Source: Candidatus Latescibacterota bacterium
GTDB taxonomy: Bacteria > Latescibacterota > UBA2968 > UBA8231
Direction of reading: 5' to 3'
Assembly (NCBI GenBank): GCA_965217585.1
Contig: OZ244561.1
Coordinates: 6,944,001-7,008,000, forward strand
DNA length: 64,000 nt
The position numbers were made by a program, and so were the translations under genes. The notes below the pieces were generated by a model, which worked only from the letters and a program-made list of their open reading frames with translations, did no database searches and had not been told where the DNA came from. Of the stretch, positions 28,641-37,642 are shown in pieces. Every line of letters starts with the position of its first letter. The stretch's first letter is position 1.

Positions 28641-31600
28641 ATGCGCGAGCAAAAACAATACAATGGGCGCAGGGCTTGGGCAGTCTCCTTCGTCTGCCTG
28701 CTGGGCCATCTCAATCCCGTCGTCGCCCAGCAGGGCTACAGCATTGTGGGCGGCCAGATCGTCGTGCAGCAGCGCCAGCACTGGAAAAACTGGAAGACCC
28801 CCTCCCATCTGGTCCGCATTGACCGAGCCGGCGGGGTCAGCGCCCGCACCCTGCGCTCGGTGTTCAATGTGTTGGAGGACAAAACATTCGGACGTCCGGT
28901 GCAAATCGATAGTAAAAAGCCGCGCATCATGAACATCGACAGCACCTTGAAGCTGGATGCTTTGGGGAATCCGCTGACCAATACATCGGGCCAACAAATC
29001 TTCGACTATCTGGTGCGGCCGGGAGTCAGCCGAGCGGGTTCCAACCCTCACCTAGCGGCCAATATCGCGGACGGGGATCCGCATACTTTCTGGGAGCCCG
29101 ACCCGGATGATCCGCTCGAAGAGTGGTGGATCGAGGTGGACTTGGGTCGGGTAGTGCCACTGGAGCGGCTGCGGCTGCGGTTTGTGGAGGAGGACATGGG
29201 GGATCCCTTCCTGCGCTTCGTCCTCTTACTGGCGGCGAAGCAAAACCTCTTTTTGGAAGAAGGAGACCAACTCGCCTTTGAGAGCTTTCTTCCCTTTGAG
29301 GGGTTCAACACCACTCGGCGGGAGTTCACCTTTGACGCCGACCGGGTCAGCCCGGAACTGCCCCCGGACCCGCTGGCCGCGGCGGACAAAACCCTAGGGT
29401 GGGGGGACGTCCCTATTTCCCTGACATCTACCGCTGGCGAGGGACCGGATCCCTCGTGGACCGGAAGACTAGTCGAAACCGTCCGCATCGTAATCACGGA
29501 CGCGCGCAGGGGCCGGGCCGAACAGATCGACGAGGACGAGTGGGAGAGCTTGCCGCGAGCCGAGCGCGGGGACATTGTTCACTTCCTCCAGGACGCCGGG
29601 TACGAAGAGCCCGTGGACGCAGCGACCTACGCCTCTCTACCGCAGGACCGGCAGGGCCGCAAGGAGTACTACCGCCGCGAACGACCCCGGCTGGCCGAGG
29701 TCGAAGCCTGGGGCTGGGGGGACGACATTGGCCAGTCCCTAGTCGAAGGCGGTGGCTCCATCCACTTCAGCAATCCAGTCACTATTCCGGGCATGCTCTT
29801 CGACGGCAACTACGGCACCTCCGTTAATGTCCAAACCATTTCCCCACGCGAGCCAGGCTTGAACGTGCTGACCTTGGACTTAGGGGGCTCGGTATGGCTG
29901 GATCATATCCTCATCGTCGGTTCTACCCCGCCGCGCGGTTATGCGATCCGGGGATCTTCCGGCGAGCGCAATGCGCAGGGCGATCTCCAGTGGGAACCCA
30001 TTACCTCCCTAGAGCGGGAGACCAATGTGCATGGCGGCAATTTTCGCCTGCTAGTGGACCGCCTAGAGCCGGCCCGCCCGATTTCTTTTATCGAGATGGT
30101 CACCCTGCCCATCCGGCTGAATGCCACAGAGTGGGTCGGCAGTATGTGGCCACGGCTGTTCAATATCATGCTTTTCTCCAAGGGACCGCCGGCCGCAGTG
30201 GTGCTGGAATCCGACCAGATCGAGTTGCCCGGACTCTTCACCCTGGGCGCGGTGAACTGGGAGGCAGACGCGCCGCCGGGCTCCGAGGTGGAAATCCGCA
30301 CCCGCAGCGGCAACCAACTGCTCGAGCGCATCCGCTACTTCGACAAGACCGGCAACGAGAAGACCGCCAAGGAATACGCAGAGACCGCCTCTTTCTTCAA
30401 GGGACCGAGCGATACCTCGCTGGTGGTCGGCCCGGGCTGGAGCTCTTGGAGCCAGAAGTACCGCACCCCGGGCGAAATCGCCACCTCGCCGGGGTTGCGC
30501 CGTTTTGTCCAGATCCAGGCCAGCCTCCTCAGCCACGACCGCCAAGCCGTACCCGTACTAAAAAAAATCACCGTGGACCTTCAGCCCCCCCTGGCGCAGA
30601 GCCTAGGAGCCGAGGTCTGGCCCGAGCGCACGGTCGCCGGCCTGCTGGACACCTTTGAGGTGTTTGTCCAGCCCCGGTTTCTGGAAGCCCCCCTCAATCT
30701 CCGCAACCTGGGCTTCGACGAGGTGCTGCTGCACTCCGAGCCAGCGCTGGATCTGCGCCTAGTAGACGCGGCCTTGGGCACCGAAGAGGAATTAGAACAG
30801 GACCAACCAATCCTGCTCTTCGCCCAGCCACATGCCGAGGGACTGGAGAGCGCCGATGGCCAAGTTATGCAGATCCTCAACCAAAGCGACTCCCTGTGGG
30901 TGCGCTTTCCCCAAATCGTGCACAGCGCCGAGGAACTGACCCGACTGTATTACCGTGCGGTGCATCCCGGGGAGGAAGTGCCCACCAGTCTGGGTGGAGA
31001 ACTGCTGACGGTACACAGCCACGCTCAGCTCCCGCTCGAAGAGCGCGGTGCCGTGCGCTACTTCCGCAAGGTGCAGAGCGGGGAAGAGGTGAGGCTGGAA
31101 GAGGTGGGCCCGGATACCTATGAAGGCCTGCCCCCCACCGAGCAGGGACCGATCCGCTACTTCCGCAAGGTGGCGGGGGTGGGAGACCAGTCCCTGTTCA
31201 ACGCCCAAGGGGATACCCTAAATGCCGTGCAGCACAGAGGCCTGAGACGAAACGAGCGCGGCTGGGTGGTGGGTACGGGGCGACTGTTGCGCCTGCGCTT
31301 CAGTGCAGTGGTTTATCTGCAGAGCACCCTGCTGAAGGTGGCAGTGCGCAACAGCGGGACCGAGTCGACTTGGCAAGAGGCCCAAGGCCGGGATGTCACA
31401 GTCTTGCGGCCGGCGGAAACTCTGGCCATAGGGATAGACGGGGCGGGCCCAACCATCACCGACGTGGGGATTGCGCCCAACCCCTTTACTCCCAACGGGG
31501 ACGGGGTCAACGATGCGGCGCAGATCCAGTTCGCGCTCTTCAAGATCTACGCGGCCCGGCCGGTGGTCGTCCGGCTCTATAGCCTAGATGGCCGGCAAGT

Positions 31601-31772
31601 GCGGTGGCTGGAGGCGCAGGGGGTAGGAGGACGGCATCAATTCACCTGGGACGGTCGGGATCACAGTGGCAACCTGGTAGCCCCTGGGCTCTACCTGTGT
31701 CAGATTGAGGTGGAGGCGGATGCGGATATCAGTGGGCGCAGGCGCACCCACCTGATCGCCGTGGCTTATTGA
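28641..31772 (+). CDS. Large secreted protein with discoidin-like domains, internal repeats and FlgD-Ig/type-B CTD-like C-terminus (cassette family C, copy 1)
   Basis: Signal peptide, DGDPHTFWEP..WWIEVDLG (F5/8-like), WSSWS, PNPFTPNGDGVND and WDGRD..PGLY, ending IAVAY. Confidence 0.75.
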   Translation: MREQKQYNGRRAWAVSFVCLLGHLNPVVAQQGYSIVGGQIVVQQRQHWKNWKTPSHLVRIDRAGGVSARTLRSVFNVLEDKTFGRPVQIDSKKPRIMNIDSTLKLDALGNPLTNTSGQQIFDYLVRPGVSRAGSNPHLAANIADGDPHTFWEPDPDDPLEEWWIEVDLGRVVPLERLRLRFVEEDMGDPFLRFVLLLAAKQNLFLEEGDQLAFESFLPFEGFNTTRREFTFDADRVSPELPPDPLAAADKTLGWGDVPISLTSTAGEGPDPSWTGRLVETVRIVITDARRGRAEQIDEDEWESLPRAERGDIVHFLQDAGYEEPVDAATYASLPQDRQGRKEYYRRERPRLAEVEAWGWGDDIGQSLVEGGGSIHFSNPVTIPGMLFDGNYGTSVNVQTISPREPGLNVLTLDLGGSVWLDHILIVGSTPPRGYAIRGSSGERNAQGDLQWEPITSLERETNVHGGNFRLLVDRLEPARPISFIEMVTLPIRLNATEWVGSMWPRLFNIMLFSKGPPAAVVLESDQIELPGLFTLGAVNWEADAPPGSEVEIRTRSGNQLLERIRYFDKTGNEKTAKEYAETASFFKGPSDTSLVVGPGWSSWSQKYRTPGEIATSPGLRRFVQIQASLLSHDRQAVPVLKKITVDLQPPLAQSLGAEVWPERTVAGLLDTFEVFVQPRFLEAPLNLRNLGFDEVLLHSEPALDLRLVDAALGTEEELEQDQPILLFAQPHAEGLESADGQVMQILNQSDSLWVRFPQIVHSAEELTRLYYRAVHPGEEVPTSLGGELLTVHSHAQLPLEERGAVRYFRKVQSGEEVRLEEVGPDTYEGLPPTEQGPIRYFRKVAGVGDQSLFNAQGDTLNAVQHRGLRRNERGWVVGTGRLLRLRFSAVVYLQSTLLKVAVRNSGTESTWQEAQGRDVTVLRPAETLAIGIDGAGPTITDVGIAPNPFTPNGDGVNDAAQIQFALFKIYAARPVVVRLYSLDGRQVRWLEAQGVGGRHQFTWDGRDHSGNLVAPGLYLCQIEVEADADISGRRRTHLIAVAY

Positions 31773-31784
31773 AAGGAGGAGGAC

Positions 31785-33851
31785 ATGCCCTACCGGACTG
31801 GTTTTCTATGCTGGGTCTTCTCGCTGGTCTTTTCCAGCAGTCTGTGGGGACGGGCCGAGTTCCACCTAGGTGGCCCCGAGGGCATGCTGTGGGAAGATCT
31901 TCTCACCCCGGGCCGGGAAGGCCGCTATGTGGTGCTGGATGCCGACGGCAATATCCTCGAGGAGTTGCCCCTGACCGTGATAGGGGAACAGGCCAGCGGC
32001 TCTTATCTCAGCGATTACAACTACCGCCCTCCGGATCCCCCCTCGATGGCGGACAATATCCTCCAGTCGCCCCTGATCAACCCAGAGGTGAACCTGGCCC
32101 GCGACTCACTCCTGCGCGCGCGTGGCGGCCACGTCCTGACAGGGGGCCGGGCAATTCAAAATTCTCCTCCCATGCAGAAGATGATCGACGGGGACCCGAC
32201 CACCGCCCTGCTGCGGCAAGTGGTCGAGTCGCCCCAACTCGCCGGCTTCAACAAGTCGAATGTCCAAGCTGCGACCATCAACCTAGGGGCTGAGTTGCCG
32301 ATCAATCGCATTCGCTTCTATCCGCGTCCCGGTTTTGAGGCCAACTACCTGAAATGGTACGAGATAGGGGTTGCCGACAACAACGCCCCCTACAGAGAAG
32401 CCCCGTTCGCAAGCCGTCCAGGCCAGGTGTTTTACAAACCCTTTACCGATAATCGGGGGGCAAACCTGTTCGAGCCCCCTGATTCGGTACTGACGATTCT
32501 GGTGAACGAGCGCGAGAACCTAGATGTGGACGAGGATTTGCGCTTTCCCATTCGCGATATACGCTTCATCTCCCTGCGGCCTCTCAATCCGGAGCGCGAC
32601 TGGGAGGTGGCCGAATGGGAGGTCTACGGCGAGGGGTATATGCAGCGCACGGTCTATCGCTCGCACATCCTGGACTTCGGCCAGCGGGTGACTTGGAGTA
32701 AGATCCGCTGGCAAGGGGAGGCCCCCCCCGGCACCCAGGTCCTGCTGCGCACCCGCACCGGCGAGACCCGGCAGCCCAACCAGTTCTGGGAAATCGGCGT
32801 CACCGGTCAGTTCGAACGGACCGTGGCCAAGGTGTACGAGGATCTCTTCGATGGGGCTCGATTCGACCGAGTGCAGCGCACCCACGATGCGGAGAATTGG
32901 AGCTTCTGGTCAGCTACCTATGACTTTGCCGCCGGTCTGCGGAACCCCGAGAAGCCATCCGAGGCGTGGGAAGACGGCACCCCCCTGCTCTCTCCTAGTC
33001 CGAGGCGTTATCTGCAGTTTGAGATCGTGCTACTCGCCAGCCGGGATCAGGCCCCTCATATCGAAGAGCTGTCCCTGCTTCTGGCCGAGATTCCGGCGGC
33101 CGAGGAGGTGATCGGGGAGATCTGGCCGATCGAAGTGGAGAGCTTTGGGACCCACGCCTTCACCTACGTGGTGAAGCCCGTGCTGCGGGTCGGCAACCGA
33201 GGGTTCGACCGGCTGGAGATCTCTACCGGAGGAGAGGTCGAGGCAGTGCACTCGGTGCGGGTAGGAGGCGAGGAAGTGATCGACCGCTTCCCCGCTGAAA
33301 TCCGGGAAGACCGGATCATTGCGAAGTTCGATAAGCTCCAAGATCCCAGCGCCGATAACGAAAAGCGGATCGAGGTGGACTTCGACGCCCGGGTGCTGAG
33401 CTTTGGGGCCGAGTTCAAGGGCTGGGTCTACGACAGCGCCGAACCCGAATTCAAACAGCAGGTCAAAGCGGGGAACGCCACCTTTCGCTTGCAGGGGAAT
33501 GTGCTGTCCGTGCGCACGCCCATAGGGGGCGATCTAATCCAGCGCATGCAGGTCCGGCCCGCGGTATTCACCCCCAACGGCGACGGCATCAACGACCGGG
33601 TGGCTATCTCCTTCGACCTGCGGGACTTGGACCTGCCCCGGCAGCTCGCGGTGACGGTTTTTGACTTGGCCGGGCACCGGGTGCGGGAAGTGGTCTCTAC
33701 GCCGAGCGCGAACGGGAGTGTCGTGCAGGTATGGGACGGCCTAGACGGGGCGGGAACCCTAGTGCCGCCGGGAGTGTACCTCTATCAGGTCGAGTTGGAT
33801 ACAGACGAGGGTAGAGAGGCGGCTTCGGGGGTGCTCTCCGTGGCCTATTAA
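31785..33851 (+). CDS. Secreted protein with discoidin-like domain and FlgD-Ig/type-B CTD-like C-terminus (cassette family D, copy 1)
   Basis: RBS AGGAGG, signal peptide, DGDPTTA, LPINRIRFYPR, WEVAEWEVYG, WSFWS and FTPNGDGIND, ending LSVAY. Confidence 0.75.
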   Translation: MPYRTGFLCWVFSLVFSSSLWGRAEFHLGGPEGMLWEDLLTPGREGRYVVLDADGNILEELPLTVIGEQASGSYLSDYNYRPPDPPSMADNILQSPLINPEVNLARDSLLRARGGHVLTGGRAIQNSPPMQKMIDGDPTTALLRQVVESPQLAGFNKSNVQAATINLGAELPINRIRFYPRPGFEANYLKWYEIGVADNNAPYREAPFASRPGQVFYKPFTDNRGANLFEPPDSVLTILVNERENLDVDEDLRFPIRDIRFISLRPLNPERDWEVAEWEVYGEGYMQRTVYRSHILDFGQRVTWSKIRWQGEAPPGTQVLLRTRTGETRQPNQFWEIGVTGQFERTVAKVYEDLFDGARFDRVQRTHDAENWSFWSATYDFAAGLRNPEKPSEAWEDGTPLLSPSPRRYLQFEIVLLASRDQAPHIEELSLLLAEIPAAEEVIGEIWPIEVESFGTHAFTYVVKPVLRVGNRGFDRLEISTGGEVEAVHSVRVGGEEVIDRFPAEIREDRIIAKFDKLQDPSADNEKRIEVDFDARVLSFGAEFKGWVYDSAEPEFKQQVKAGNATFRLQGNVLSVRTPIGGDLIQRMQVRPAVFTPNGDGINDRVAISFDLRDLDLPRQLAVTVFDLAGHRVREVVSTPSANGSVVQVWDGLDGAGTLVPPGVYLYQVELDTDEGREAASGVLSVAY

Positions 33852-33869
33852 AATTTGGTGTGTCTTTTC

Positions 33870-33901
33870 TTGACAAGCATATCTATAATTATGTATATAA
33901 T
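33870..33901 (+). promoter_or_regulatory. Sigma70-like promoter upstream of family E copy 1
   Basis: TTGACA at 33870-33875 is followed by TATATA (18-bp spacer) or TATAAT (33896-33901) in an AT-rich gap. Confidence 0.55.
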
Positions 33902-33982
33902 GTGAAATACTGTTGTGGCACTCTACACGAGGAAGCAAGCTTTTTATTCCCTTTTAACAACCTCTAAAAAGGAGGAGTTGAG

Positions 33983-34930
33983 ATGAAAAATGCCCTGCTT
34001 AGCCTGATGGGAATCGGCTTTCTGGTCTTTGCCGTGGTCGCAGGTGCCCACGAACCTCCCGGTGAGATCACTCTGGCCGTCAATTTTCCGCCCGGTAATG
34101 AGCCGGTAGCCGACGGAGATCCCTCGGAATGGGATATTATACCGCGGGGCCCGTACGCCATTACGAGCGATGAGTTGTTCTCGCATTTCGGCCTAGAGCA
34201 GAGAGAGCGCGACGGGGCGACCCTGGCCCGCGGCGAGATGAACCTCTCCTCTCTAGATACCGAGTACATACTGGGTTGGAGCGATTCCAAAGACCGAGTT
34301 TATTACGTCATGAGGGTCTTTGACGACGTCCACGTCACCCGGCGTCAGGAACTGGGCCGGTTCTTTTTTGACGACGCCATTGAAACCTTCTTCCTCTTCA
34401 ATCACATTTCCGGAGAAGAGGTGCGGGCCCTCAACGACGATGGCTTCAACTCATCCATAGAGCTCACCTTTGCGGTGCCGCCGATTGAGGACAGTTGGCA
34501 GTTCCCCTTCTGCAGGGCCTGCACCGATTGGCTCTACAGCGGCGGCGAATTCTTCACCTTCGGCTGGAGCTTCGAGGGCGACGAGTTCGGCGAGAGCACC
34601 TACTACTACGAACTGGATCTTGGGGCTTACTTAGGATATCCAGCGGGTTTGGGCGATGAGCTCACGGCCGCGGATGTGGTCTCCACGACCCTCAATGAGG
34701 GCGACATCATCCACTACACCATCTCGCTGGGCGATGTGGACGGTGGGGAAGGCATCAGGACCGACGAGACCGGCGATCTGCGCGCCGGCGGGTACTGGAG
34801 CACCACCTCTGGAGGCGACGCCAGCTGGTTGGGTCAGCACGACCTACTGCTGTCGCCGGCGGATGATACCATTGACTTTCCGACCGCGGTCGAGTCCGAT
34901 TCCTGGGGTCGGATCAAGGCGCAGTTCTAA
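33983..34930 (+). CDS. Secreted CBM9/DOMON-like protein with C-terminal TAVESDSWGRIKAQF tail (cassette family E, copy 1)
   Basis: Strong RBS AAGGAGG, signal peptide, DGDPSEW, LGWSD..VYY, VFDD, DDAIETF, YYELDL and DVD, a CBM9-like pattern. Confidence 0.65.
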   Translation: MKNALLSLMGIGFLVFAVVAGAHEPPGEITLAVNFPPGNEPVADGDPSEWDIIPRGPYAITSDELFSHFGLEQRERDGATLARGEMNLSSLDTEYILGWSDSKDRVYYVMRVFDDVHVTRRQELGRFFFDDAIETFFLFNHISGEEVRALNDDGFNSSIELTFAVPPIEDSWQFPFCRACTDWLYSGGEFFTFGWSFEGDEFGESTYYYELDLGAYLGYPAGLGDELTAADVVSTTLNEGDIIHYTISLGDVDGGEGIRTDETGDLRAGGYWSTTSGGDASWLGQHDLLLSPADDTIDFPTAVESDSWGRIKAQF

Positions 34931-34961
34931 GCTTTATCCCCGAGAACCGATGCTGATTTGC

Positions 34962-34996
34962 ACGGGGCAGGCCCGCCGGGTCTGCCCCGTTTTTTT
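34962..34996 (+). terminator. Rho-independent terminator
   Basis: ACGGGGCAGGCCC-GCC-GGGTCTGCCCCGT followed by a T run. Confidence 0.85.
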
Positions 34997-34997
34997 G

Positions 34998-36689
34998 TTA
35001 CAAGTCGCGGATTTCTCCACCTTCTACGAGCGCGATTAGACGGTCCGCTTCTAGGTCGTAGTGGCAATCGATTGTGCCCGAAGGCCACCTTACCTTTAGG
35101 CTATCCACCCGGCTCCGAGCGCCCAGACCAAAGTGGACTCGCGGATCTTGCCCGCCTAAAAAGCTCGATCCCGCCATTACCTCGCGCACCTGCTTTTCTC
35201 CCCCTGAGAAGACCGCCACCCGGGCACCCACGCCATCGCGGTTGCTCTGCTGCCCGACCAAGCGCAGCATGAGCCAGTGGCCGGCCGCATGGTCATTGCG
35301 CATCAAGGTGGGGCGGTCGTCTAGGTTCAGGACCAGCAGGTCCAAGTCGCCATCGTTGTCGTAATCGCCACAAGAACTGCCCCGGCTCACCCGGCGATCC
35401 TGCAGGGCCGCTACGCCTCTCACTTCCGCGAAGGTGCCGTCCCCCTGGTTTTCGAGGAGCTGGTTGGGTTGTTGGTAGGTCTCCTCGCCCAGCTGGAGCC
35501 GGTCTATGCGGGGATAGACGTGTCCGTTGGCCACAAAGAGATCGAGGTCGCCGTCGTGATCGTAGTCGAAGAAACAGGTCCCCCAGCTCACATAGGGTCG
35601 ACTTTTGTCTCCCAGTCTCGCCTTCAGGGTCGTGTCGAGAAAGAAACGCCCTGCTTCATTGCGGTAGAGGGTATTGTAATCGCCGGCGAAGTTGGTGACG
35701 AAGAGATCTAGGAAACCGTCCCCATCGTAATCGCCAAAGGCGGCACCCATGCCGGCTTGCCCCTTACCTTGGTAGCTGTAGGCCACCCCGGCTTCGACGC
35801 CCACCTCGCGAAAGGATCCATCCCCCTGGTTGTGGTAGAGCAAGTTCGGGGTCGAGTCGTTGGCAATGAATAAATCCGGCCAGCCGTCGCCATCGTAATC
35901 CGAGAATAGCACCGCGAAACCGTAGTGCTTGTCGCGGTCTTCCACGTCGGCACTCGTGGTGACGTCGGTGAAGGTGCCGTCGCCGTTGTTGCGGTAGAGC
36001 CGGTCTGCGGCTCCCCGCAGGCTGCGGGGTCCGCAAAACACCTCCAGGGATTTCCACTGGCAAAAGGCCCGGTCCGGCTGTGGGGAGTCTGGATCGAAAT
36101 CTAGGTAATTGGCCACGTAGAGATCCAGCTCACCGTCCAGATCGTAGTCGCCGAAAGCAGCCCCAGTACTCCACCGGGGATCATCCGCGTCGGCTTTGTG
36201 GGTGAAATCGGTGAAGGTGCCGTCGCCGTTGTTGCGGTAGAGCCGGTTGGGGCCGTAGTTGGTGATGTAGAGATCGGTATCGCCGTCGTTGTCGTAGTCT
36301 GCAGCCACGCAGCCCATGCCCCAGCCCGTATCGCCCACGCCGGCTTGGAGGGTGACGTCGGCGAAGCGGCCGTTGCCTAGGTTGCGGTAGAGCGCGTTGC
36401 GCAGATCATTTTCGGAACCCGCGGATGCGGCGCCGTTGACTAGGTAAATGTCGAGATAGCCGTCCCCATCGTAGTCGAGAAAGGCGGTGCCCCCGCCCTT
36501 GGCTTCGAGGATATGATTTTTTTTGCGACTCCCAGAGCGGTGTTGCCAGCGCAAGCCCGCCTTTTCTGCAACGTCTACAAACAAGGGTGAAGATTCCTCC
36601 GGAATCGCCGGAGGATTTTCGTCCCTTTGCCGTTCAGAGCCGCAGGTCAGCAGAGTGCAGGCCCCCCACAATGCCATCCAGATTCGCAC
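34998..36689 (-). CDS. CRTAC1-family FG-GAP repeat protein with ASPIC/UnbV domain, probable lipoprotein
   Basis: DYDGDG/DYDNDG repeats, LYRNNGDGTFTD, SNRDGVGAR..RVHFGLG, and N-terminal LLTC. Confidence 0.85.
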   Translation of the reverse strand: MRIWMALWGACTLLTCGSERQRDENPPAIPEESSPLFVDVAEKAGLRWQHRSGSRKKNHILEAKGGGTAFLDYDGDGYLDIYLVNGAASAGSENDLRNALYRNLGNGRFADVTLQAGVGDTGWGMGCVAADYDNDGDTDLYITNYGPNRLYRNNGDGTFTDFTHKADADDPRWSTGAAFGDYDLDGELDLYVANYLDFDPDSPQPDRAFCQWKSLEVFCGPRSLRGAADRLYRNNGDGTFTDVTTSADVEDRDKHYGFAVLFSDYDGDGWPDLFIANDSTPNLLYHNQGDGSFREVGVEAGVAYSYQGKGQAGMGAAFGDYDGDGFLDLFVTNFAGDYNTLYRNEAGRFFLDTTLKARLGDKSRPYVSWGTCFFDYDHDGDLDLFVANGHVYPRIDRLQLGEETYQQPNQLLENQGDGTFAEVRGVAALQDRRVSRGSSCGDYDNDGDLDLLVLNLDDRPTLMRNDHAAGHWLMLRLVGQQSNRDGVGARVAVFSGGEKQVREVMAGSSFLGGQDPRVHFGLGARSRVDSLKVRWPSGTIDCHYDLEADRLIALVEGGEIRDL

Positions 36690-37615
36690 TATTCAGAACC
36701 TTTGAACTTTTCCGCCCGTTCCCGGGCTCGCCGCTCTTTTTGTTGTAAATCCCGGGCATTGAGTTCCCGGAAGCGCTGCAGGGCTTGCTGTCCCGCAGCG
36801 GTCCGTCCGGCGGACAAGTAGAGCTGCCCGAGGTTGAGGTAGGCTGCGGTCAGTCCCGTATCCAAGCGAACCGCCTCTTCGAGGAGTTGGAGCGCCTCGG
36901 AAATCCGTCCATCGTTCCTGGACAGGATGGCCAGATCAGTCATGGCCTGGGCGTTTTTCGGCTGCAATTCAAGTTGTTTCCGGTAGGCATTTTCCGCTTC
37001 GGCAAAGCGTCCCTGATACTTGTAGATGCTGCCCAGGCGACCATAAGCCGCGGCCAGCTTGGGATCCAGCTTCAGGGCCCGGCGATAGGCCGTCTCGGCC
37101 GAGTCTAGGTCGCCCTCGTGGGTGGAGTGCCGGTCGCCTCGATAGGAGTAGAGACTGCCTAGGATATAGAAATAGGCCTGCTGATCGGGAGCCAGAGAGA
37201 TGGCCTGCCGGGCCGCGGCCAGGCCCTGGTCGAGCAGGGGGCCGCGGTGAGTTACGGAGTACTTTCTGAGCAAGAATAGGGCGCGGGCGTAGAATACTTC
37301 TGAGCGGGTCGTGTCCAAGGCACTCGCCAGCCCCAGTGTTTCTTCGGCCCGCGCCAAGTCCCCCAGCTCTAGGTGGACGTGGCTCAGACCGACATAGGCC
37401 CGCACCGAGTCCTCGGCACCTTCCAGCGCTTCTCGAAAGGCTTCCAGAGCCGGCTGGTAGCGCTGGGAACGGAGATGCCGCTCGCCCAAGCGGTTTTTGG
37501 AATTCAGACCACCCGCAGTCCTGTGTTGGGGGCGGCTAGATGGGAACTCGCTGCTGGACTCCTTGCATCCAGACCAGAAAAAGAGTGCGGAGAGTATTGA
37601 GATAACTGGAAGCAT
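36689..37615 (-). CDS. TPR-repeat lipoprotein
   Basis: Lipobox-like FWSGC and multiple TPRs (AYGRLGSIY..AENAYRK, AYLNLGQLY). The stop abuts the CRTAC1 start. Confidence 0.82.
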   Translation of the reverse strand: MLPVISILSALFFWSGCKESSSEFPSSRPQHRTAGGLNSKNRLGERHLRSQRYQPALEAFREALEGAEDSVRAYVGLSHVHLELGDLARAEETLGLASALDTTRSEVFYARALFLLRKYSVTHRGPLLDQGLAAARQAISLAPDQQAYFYILGSLYSYRGDRHSTHEGDLDSAETAYRRALKLDPKLAAAYGRLGSIYKYQGRFAEAENAYRKQLELQPKNAQAMTDLAILSRNDGRISEALQLLEEAVRLDTGLTAAYLNLGQLYLSAGRTAAGQQALQRFRELNARDLQQKERRARERAEKFKGSE

Positions 37616-37642
37616 AATGCCGCAATCTCGCCTTTTCCGAGT

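Noticed and set aside
5564-36689. Recurrent GACTACGACAACGACGGC-type DNA repeats as a possible CRISPR or tandem array
   Set aside because: They are the coding FG-GAP (DYDNDG) repeats of the CRTAC1 proteins, with no constant repeat-spacer period.
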